NCBI GenBank assembly: GCA_002269645.1
Contig: NIVC01003351.1
Location: 1-64,000 of the forward strand
DNA length: 64,000 bases
Source of the DNA: Macrostomum lignano
Taxonomy: Eukaryota
Direction of reading: 5' to 3'
In this document: piece by piece, positions 52,656-64,000 of the stretch
Numbering within the stretch: the stretch's first letter is position 1
Layout: every line of letters starts with the position of its first letter
Notes under the pieces: generated by a model
Seen by the model: the letters and a program-made list of their open reading frames with translations, nothing else
Told to the model about the DNA's origin: nothing
The model's database searches: none
Translations under genes and position numbers: made by a program

Positions 52656-53100
52656 TGCCTACTCTCTCCTCTGCCTACTCTCTCCTCTGCTTACTCTCTC
52701 TTCTGCTTACTCTCTCCTCTGCCTACTCTCTCCTCTGCTTACTCTCTCTTCTGCTTACTCTCTCTTCTGCTTACTCTCTCCTCTGCTTACTCTCTCCTCT
52801 GCCTACTCTCTCCTCTGCTTACTCTCTCTTCTGCTTACTCTCTCTTCTGCTTACTCTCTCCTCTGCTTACTCTCTCCTCTGCCTACTCTCTCCTCTGCTT
52901 ACTCTCTCTTCTGCTTACTCTCTCCTCTGCCTACTCTCTCCTCTGTTTATTCTCCCGCTCTCTACTCTCTCCTTTGCCTACTCTCTCCTTTGCCTACTCT
53001 CTCCTTTGCCTACTCTCTCCACTGCCTACTCTCTCCGCTGCCTACTCTCTCCTCTGTTTATTCTCCCTGCTCTCTACTCTCCCCGCTCTTTATTCTCTTA
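52656..53100. repeat. 16-bp CT-rich minisatellite (TGCCTACTCTCTCCTC)
   Basis: Direct. Confidence 0.93.
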
Positions 53101-53679
53101 CGCTCTCTACTCTCTTACATCTTCTCCTCTCCCCCGCTCTCTACTCAAACTGTCAACGCTGTCTCATATTTTTAAGTACATTTAGTACTTTCAACTTTCT
53201 TCCTTTCTAGTTCTGTACTTTTTAGCCAAACGAGTTCACCAGGACAGAGAATTGCCAAGAACTGTGTCTCTCTAACTCTAGCAGATGAATCTAAAAATCT
53301 AATTTTCAAAAAAATCTAGCCAAAAATATAGGCGGCTAAGGCTGCATCTAAAAGCAAATGCCAGCAGTTGAATTCGCGTCTGCTATTTCTATTTGCTATT
53401 TTCTCCGAGCATATGCGCCAAGCTTATCTTTTATGTCTCTATTCCATACTGCTAGGCAGCCCCCTGGCTTCCCACCCACCCAGCCAATCGATTTCTGATG
53501 CTGATGAGGCATCCCAGCTGCTTTCTGGAAGCTGTTCGCGGGTTTAAGCCTTTCGGTCCCGTCTTCCGCTTCTCTGATCTTTAAAGGCTCGTCCTATGGT
53601 GTCTTAAAGCAAGGAGAATCTGGATTGGATATTTTTCTCCTTTTGAAACTAAATTTTTTAAACTAAAACAAAGAAATAC

Positions 53680-54150
53680 GTTTCTGCAGCCTATGGCCGG
53701 CACAAGTGCAGGCTAATCAATACAAATACGTTTCTGTAGTCTATGGCCAGTGCAGGGTAATAAATACAGATACGTTTCTGCAGTCTATGGCCGGGCACAA
53801 GTGCAGGGTAATAAATGCAAATACGTTTCTGGAGTCTATGGCCGGGCACAAGTGCGGGTAATAAATACAGATACGTTTCTGCAGTCTATGGCCGGGCACA
53901 AGTGCAGGGTAATAAATGCAAATACGTTTCTGGAGTCTATGGCCGGGCACAAGTGCGGGGTAATAAATACAGATACGTTTCTGCAGTCTATGGCCGGGCA
54001 CAAGTGCAGGGTAATAAATGCAAATACGTTTCTGGAGTCTATGGCCGGACACAAGTGCAGGGTAATACGTAAATGCATATACGTTTCTGTAGTCTATGGC
54101 TTGGCAAAGTGCAGGGTAATAAATACAAATATGTTTCTGTAGTCTATGGC
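53680..54150. repeat. 51-bp minisatellite
   Basis: 17-aa periodicity in the spurious ORFs. Confidence 0.92.
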
Positions 54151-54597
54151 CCGCTTAAGTATCGAATAAAGAAACTTCCTTATTTACTAGCAAGCTCAGT
54201 TCCTATCCAGATAGGTTTTTAGTATTTCTCGACCGCTTCCTTTCCTATTTATCGCTTCGTTTTCCCAACCCCAACTGTCACCTGATGCTAATTCCTTTTA
54301 AAACTCCTAAGATCCCGATATCATGGTCTTTTTAACTGTCTACGCCTCTGACTGACTGACTTTCTTACTTGCTTTCAGCTGTTGCCAATAAGCACGACCC
54401 CATCTACCCCGCCATCCCAGTCGGATCTGCCACGCGCCCAACAGAAGAAAATCGTCAAAGACTCCCAAGAAAAGTTGCCGATGCACAAAAATACCTTTTT
54501 ACTTTTGGGGTTCAATGGCTTTATTTGTATAGTTTTGAGAGTGAAAGCTTTTACAGTGGTTGATGAAATGTGAGAAGTACATTGATTGTGTAAATAT

Positions 54598-55745
54598 GCG
54601 AGTGACTGACGGAGTGAATAGTAGAGTGACTGACGGAGTGAATAGTGTAGTGCCTGACGGAGTGAATAGTAGAGTGACTGATGAAGTGAATAGTAGAGTG
54701 CCTGATGGAGCGAATAGTAGAGTGACTGACGGAGTGAATAGTAGAGTGACTGACGGAGTGAATAGTGTAGAACCTGACGGAGTGAATAGTAGAGTGACTG
54801 ACGGAGTGAATAGTAGAGTGACTGACGGAGTGAATAGTAGAGTGACTGACGGAGTGAATAGTAGAGTGACTGACGGAGTGAATAGTAGAGAGACTGACGG
54901 AGTGAATAGTAGAGTGACTGACGGAGTGAATAGTAGAGTGACTGACGGAGTGAATAGTAGAGTGACTGACGTAGTGAATAGTAGAGTAACGGACCGAAAG
55001 AATAGTAGAGTGACTGATAGAGCGAATAGTAGAGTGACTGATGGAGCGAATAGTAGAGTGACTGACGGAGTGAATAGTAGAGAGACTGACGGAGTGAATA
55101 GTAGAGTGACTGACGGAGTGAATAGTGTAGAACCTGACGGAGTGAATAGTAGAGTGACTGACGGAGTGAATAGTAGAGAGACTGACGGAGTGAATAGTAG
55201 AGTGACTGACGGAGTGAATAGTAGAGTGCCTGACGGAGTGAATAGTAGAGTGACTGACGTAGTGAATAGTAGAGTAACGGACCGAAAGAATAGTAGAGTG
55301 ACTGATAGAGCGAATAGTAGAGTGACTGATAGAGCGAATAGTAGAGTGACTGATGGAGCGAATAGTAGAGTGACTGACGGAGCGAATAGTAGAGTGACTG
55401 ACGGAGTGAATAGTGTAGTGCCTGACGGAGTGAATAGTAGAGTGACTGACGGAGTGAATAGTGTAGAGCCTGACGGAGTGAATAGTAGAGTGACTGACGG
55501 AGTGAATAGTAGAGTGACTGACGGAGTGAATAGTAGAGTGACTGACGGAGTGAATAGTAGAGTGACTGACGGAGTGAATAGTAGAGTGACTGACGAAGTG
55601 AATAGTAGAGTGACTGACGGAGTGAATAGTAGAGTGACTGACGGAGTGAATAGTTGAGTGACTGACGGAGTGAATAGTGTAGTGCCTGACGGAGTGAATA
55701 GTAGAGTGACTGACAGAGTGAATAGTAGAGTGACGGACTGAGTGA
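54598..55745. repeat. 24-bp minisatellite (GAATAGTAGAGTGACTGACGGAGT) with a 288-bp internal duplication
   Basis: Direct; the variant TAACGGACCGAAAG recurs 288 bp (12 units) apart. Confidence 0.96.
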
Positions 55746-55817
55746 GCTATAAGGTGACCGACGGACGGAGTGAACAGAAAAGTGAATGAATTTAATAAAG
55801 AGTGAAAAGTACAGAGT

Positions 55818-56123
55818 ATGGCTGTCATTAGAATAATGTGGCCCGCAAAAATCGGTAGAAAACATTTAAAAAAGCAACAGAAAAATGCAGAAATTATATT
55901 GAAGCAACTGCACGACCAATTTTCGTTCATCACAAGAAAGCACAAGGAGAGGCAAAAAGAACAACCGGCTCTCGCTGCCAGAAGAGGCGGCACATGTATT
56001 TCCAAGAAACACCAACAAAGCACAGGCCAGCAACAGAGCAGCATGGAGGAATTATCCAATTTTTCCCGCTTCGATCTTATCCGACGATCGTCGAGCTGTC
56101 CGCGGCAGTTCCAATTCAATTAG
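55818..56123 (+). CDS. Possible terminal coding exon (basic, K/Q-rich), unidentified
   Basis: Non-repetitive 101-aa ORF with a TAG acceptor near 55832; a possible upstream exon follows the strong acceptor at 54378. No homology recognised. Confidence 0.25.
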   Translation: MAVIRIMWPAKIGRKHLKKQQKNAEIILKQLHDQFSFITRKHKERQKEQPALAARRGGTCISKKHQQSTGQQQSSMEELSNFSRFDLIRRSSSCPRQFQFN

Positions 56124-56484
56124 TTTCTCGGAAAGGCGACACGTCGAAGGTCAGCTGGGGACGCTGCCCCCCCCCCTCCTCCCATTTGGTGGGTTCTGTT
56201 TGCTAGAGAGAGCTGAGGGAACAGCGCATTTTTGTTCTAATTAAACGCATGCAAAATCGGATTTTCGGGCAAAAGCAAAAAAGGGAAAGAAAGCGATAAG
56301 ATGTCGTATAATTATTATTTTTGCTGAGCTGGTCACAGGTGCTTTGTGCTGTTTGAGTTCAAAGCCAGTGGGTTGACGAAGAACAGTTTGGACAGACAAA
56401 TGAGCATTAATCATTTAGTTTGAGATTCAATACCCGTTTCATATCCACGAGTCAGTTGAGATATGTTTGAAACAGTTGAAAGGA

Positions 56485-57450
56485 TTGAGATTCTATGGGT
56501 GAGATTCTAATGGGTGAGATTCTAAGGGGTGAGATTCTAATGGGTGAGATTCTAATGGGTGAGATTCTAAGGGGTGAGATTCTAATGGGTGAGATTCTAA
56601 TGGGTGAGATTCTAAGGGGTGAGATTCTAAGGGGTGAGTTTCTGAGGGGTAAACTTCTAAGGGGTGAGATTCTAAGGGGTTGGATTCTAAGGGGTGAGAT
56701 TCTAAGGGGTGGGATTCTAAGGGGTGAGATTCTAAGGGGTGAGATTCTAAGGGGTGAGATTCTAAGGGGTGAGATTCTAAGGGGTGGGATTCTAAGGGGT
56801 GGGATTCTAAGGGGTGAGATTCTAAGGGTGAGATTCTAAAGGGTGAGATTCTAAGGGTGAGATTCTAGGGGTGAGATTCTAGGGTGAGATTCTAAGGGGT
56901 GAGATTCTGAAGGTGAGTTCTAATGGATGAGATTCTAAAGGGTGAGATTCTAAGGGTGAGATTCTAGGGGTGAGATTCTAGGGTGAGATTCTAAGGGTGA
57001 GATTCTAAAGGTGAGATTCTAAGGGGTGGGATTCTAAGGGGTGAGATTCTAAGGGGTGGGATTCTAAGGGGTGAGATTTTAAGAACTGAGATTTTAAGAA
57101 CTGAGATTCTAAGGGGTGAGATTCTAAGGGATGGGATTTTAAGAACTGAGATTCTAAGGGCTGGGATTCTAAGGGGTGAGATTCTAAGGGGTGAGATTCT
57201 AAGGGATGAGATTTTAAGGGGTGGGATTCTAAGGGGTGAGATTCTAAGGGATGAGATTTTAAGAACTGAGATTCTAAGGGGTGAGATTCTAAGGGGTGGG
57301 ATTCTAAGGGGTGAGATTCTAAGGGGTGGGATTCTAAGGGATGAGATTTTAAGGGGTGGGATTCTAAGGGGTGAGATTCTAAGGGATGAGATTTTAAGAA
57401 CTGAGATGCTAAGAAGTGAGATTCTAATGGGTGAGACTCTAAGAGCTGAG
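56485..57450. repeat. 14-15-bp minisatellite (GAGATTCTAAGGGGT)
   Basis: Direct. Confidence 0.96.
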
Positions 57451-57897
57451 ATTCATAGAGCTGACGTTTGAAGAAGTTAAAGTTGGAACATTTCCGAATA
57501 TCACACTGTGGATTCTGCTAATCAATAGGCAATGCCTTCGGGCGGCTTTTTACTGTTTCAAAAATTGTTGTTTAATAATTATTTTTTTATTATAATTCAA
57601 AAAGCTCTTATAATTTTCCAATACAAAACTTGAAGAATTCGCATATATAACTACTATTGGTAGAACCTAAAAATACGAAAAAAATACTCAATTTATTCGA
57701 TCTTTCAGTGTCTACATTGTACAAAAAAGACAAAACTGGCAGACAAACTCTAACAATACGATAAAATGTAGAACTATTTGAATACAAAACTAAATGATTT
57801 GAAAAATGCTCACAGTTGCAATACAGATAACGATTGCTAATATGATAAAAGCAAATGTTATGCCTTAAAAGGAGTTCAAAGGCGATAGAGGGAGGGT

Positions 57898-59045
57898 GGT
57901 GTCAGTGTCTCTAGAAGCATGTCAGTGTCTCTAGAAGCATGTCAGTGTCTCTAGAAGCATGTCAGTGTCTCTAGAAGCATGTCAGCGTCTCTAGAAGCAT
58001 GTCAGTGTCTCTAGAAGCATGTCAGTGTCTCTAGAAGCATGTCAGTGTCTCTAGAAGCATGTCAGTGTCTCTAGAAGCATGTCAGCGTCTCTAGAAGCAT
58101 GTCAGTGTCTCTAGAAGCATGTCAGTGTCTCTAGAAGCATGTCAGCGTCTCTAGAAGCATGTCAGCGTCTCTAGAAGCATGTCAGTGTCTCTAGAAGCAT
58201 GTCAGTGTCTCTAGAAGCATGTCAGTGTCTCTAGAAGCATGTCAGCGTCTCTAGAAGCATGTCAGTGTCTCTAGAAGCATGTCAGTGTCTCTAGAAGCAT
58301 GTCAGTGTCTCTAGAAGCATGTCAAAGTCTCTAGAGTGGTGTCAGTGTCTCTAGAAGGTAGTCAGTGTCTCTAGAAGGTAGTCAGTGTCTCTAGAAGGTA
58401 GTCAGTGTCTCTAGAAGGTAGTCAGTGTCTCTAGAAGGTAGTCAGTGTCTCTAGAAGGTAGTCAGTGTCTCTAGAAGGTAGTCAGTGTCTCTAGAAGGTA
58501 GTCAGTGTCTCTAGAAGGTAGTCAGTGTCTCTAGAAGGTAGTCAGTGTCTCTAGAAGGTAGTCAGTGTCTCTAGAAGGTAGTCAGTGTCTCTAGAAGGTA
58601 GTCAGTGTCTCTAGAAGGTAGTCAGTGTCTCTAGAAGGTAGTCAGTGTCTCTAGAAGGTAGTCAGTGTCTCTAGAAGGTAGTCAGTGTCTCTAGAAGGTA
58701 GTCAGTGTCTCTAGAAGGTAGTCAGTGTCTCTAAAAGCATGCCAGTGTCTCTAGAAGCATGTCAGTGTCTCTAGAAGGTAGTCAGTGTCTCTAGAAGCAT
58801 GTCAGTGTCTCTAGAAGCATGTCAGTGTCTCTAGAAGGTAGTCAGTGTCTCTAGAAGGTAGTCAGTGTCTCTATAAGCATGTCAGTGTCTTTAGAAGCAT
58901 GTCAGTGTCTCTAGAAGGTAGTCAGTGTCTCTAGAAGGTAGTCAGTGTCTCTAGAAGGTAGTCAGTGTCTCTAGAAGGTAGTCAGTGTCTCTAGAAGGTA
59001 GTCAGTGTCTCTAGAAGGTAGTCAGTGTCTCTAGAAGCATGTCTG
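57898..59045. repeat. 20-bp minisatellite with two variant blocks (GTCAGTGTCTCTAGAAGCAT / ...AGAAGGTA)
   Basis: Direct. Confidence 0.97.
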
Positions 59046-59108
59046 TGTCTCTTCATGTATGTCAATATTTCTGAGAAGTTTGGTCATATATAAAAGCTCC
59101 AATTGCAG

Positions 59109-63311
<4,203 letters not shown>

Positions 63312-64000
63312 CTGTGCCGATGAAGATTAAAACGATAACAAACATGCACTTCTCGGCTCTGTTAGTCATCATTCTAGCAACTATTCAATTCAAGCGCTTA
63401 TTTCTGATGGACAAACAAACTAAAAAGCTTGAAGGCTTGAGCAGAGATATGATGGGTTTTTGCGGATGTCTTCCGTATTTAAAAATGAAGAAAGAAAAAA
63501 TCCAGCTGGCTATTTTGTTTTTTTCCAAGCCAAACAAGTTTGAGTATTGTACACTGCTCTCCTGTCTCTCCGTCTCTTCTATTCATCTATCAATTGTTTC
63601 AGCTCTCCAGTCCAACCCCTGCAGTGCTTTACTTTACTGCCGAGATTTTATTTCACTGACTGAAGCCTCAAACTTAAATGCGCCGAGTTACGCGGTACAA
63701 ACGCCCACTCAAAGTCAGAGAATACAGTAATTTATAAACAATGTTCTCAACTGTCTCCCTCAGATACCTGCAGCTAGTTGGTGGGGGTATTGCACTTGCA
63801 CAAAAGCTTTTACAGTCTATCTGTATCTCGAATAATGTCGAATATAGAGCTGCCAACGACCGCCAATATGGCAGTAAAAGGGACCTACAACAGATAAGTA
63901 CAAGAAAGTTTGATGTGCGACGGAAGCCCCCCCCCGTCCCCCGTGTCTCTGGGGGTGACGCAGAGGTATTTATTCGATACAATGGAAGCTTTTATGTCAG

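Noticed and set aside
51387-53210. 500-600-aa ORFs
   Set aside because: They span the N gap and flanking satellites.
54375-56119. ~500-aa minus-strand ORFs (SLRQSLYY / HSVSHSTI)
   Set aside because: Translation of a 24-bp tandem repeat that is open in several frames.

Overview
Eukaryotic (metazoan) genomic DNA with GC-rich exons and canonical GT-AG introns. About a third of the window, by my rough sum of array lengths, is mini/microsatellite arrays sitting in introns and intergenic DNA. TTAGGG repeats, 40-70 nt introns and this composition resemble a free-living flatworm such as Macrostomum; the species is an inference. Confident genes: TRMT1 (5 exons, 29615-37875 +) and a front-end fatty acid desaturase (2 exons, 41344-43106 +). 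Well-supported unusual genes: an intronless neprilysin/M13-like protein lacking HExxH (2511/2731-4905 +), apparently nested antisense in an intron of a minus-strand orphan gene; a 4-exon AGC (PKA/PKG-like) pseudokinase with a polyQ tail (9007-11635 +); and two multi-exon minus-strand single-pass membrane-protein genes that the ORF track mostly misses (14796-18793+ and 59109-63311+). Mobile DNA: a tRNA-derived CORE-like SINE, a Gypsy-type integrase segment, a decayed RTE-like LINE, decayed MULE and EnSpm/CACTA transposases, and several MITEs with TIRs or TSDs. Most long ORFs in the track are translations of tandem repeats or the N gap (51672-52655) and are not genes. I found no CRISPR, rRNA or true tRNA, and no clearly novel multi-gene system. 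The best leads are the two pseudoenzymes, the nested architecture and the repeat organisation.
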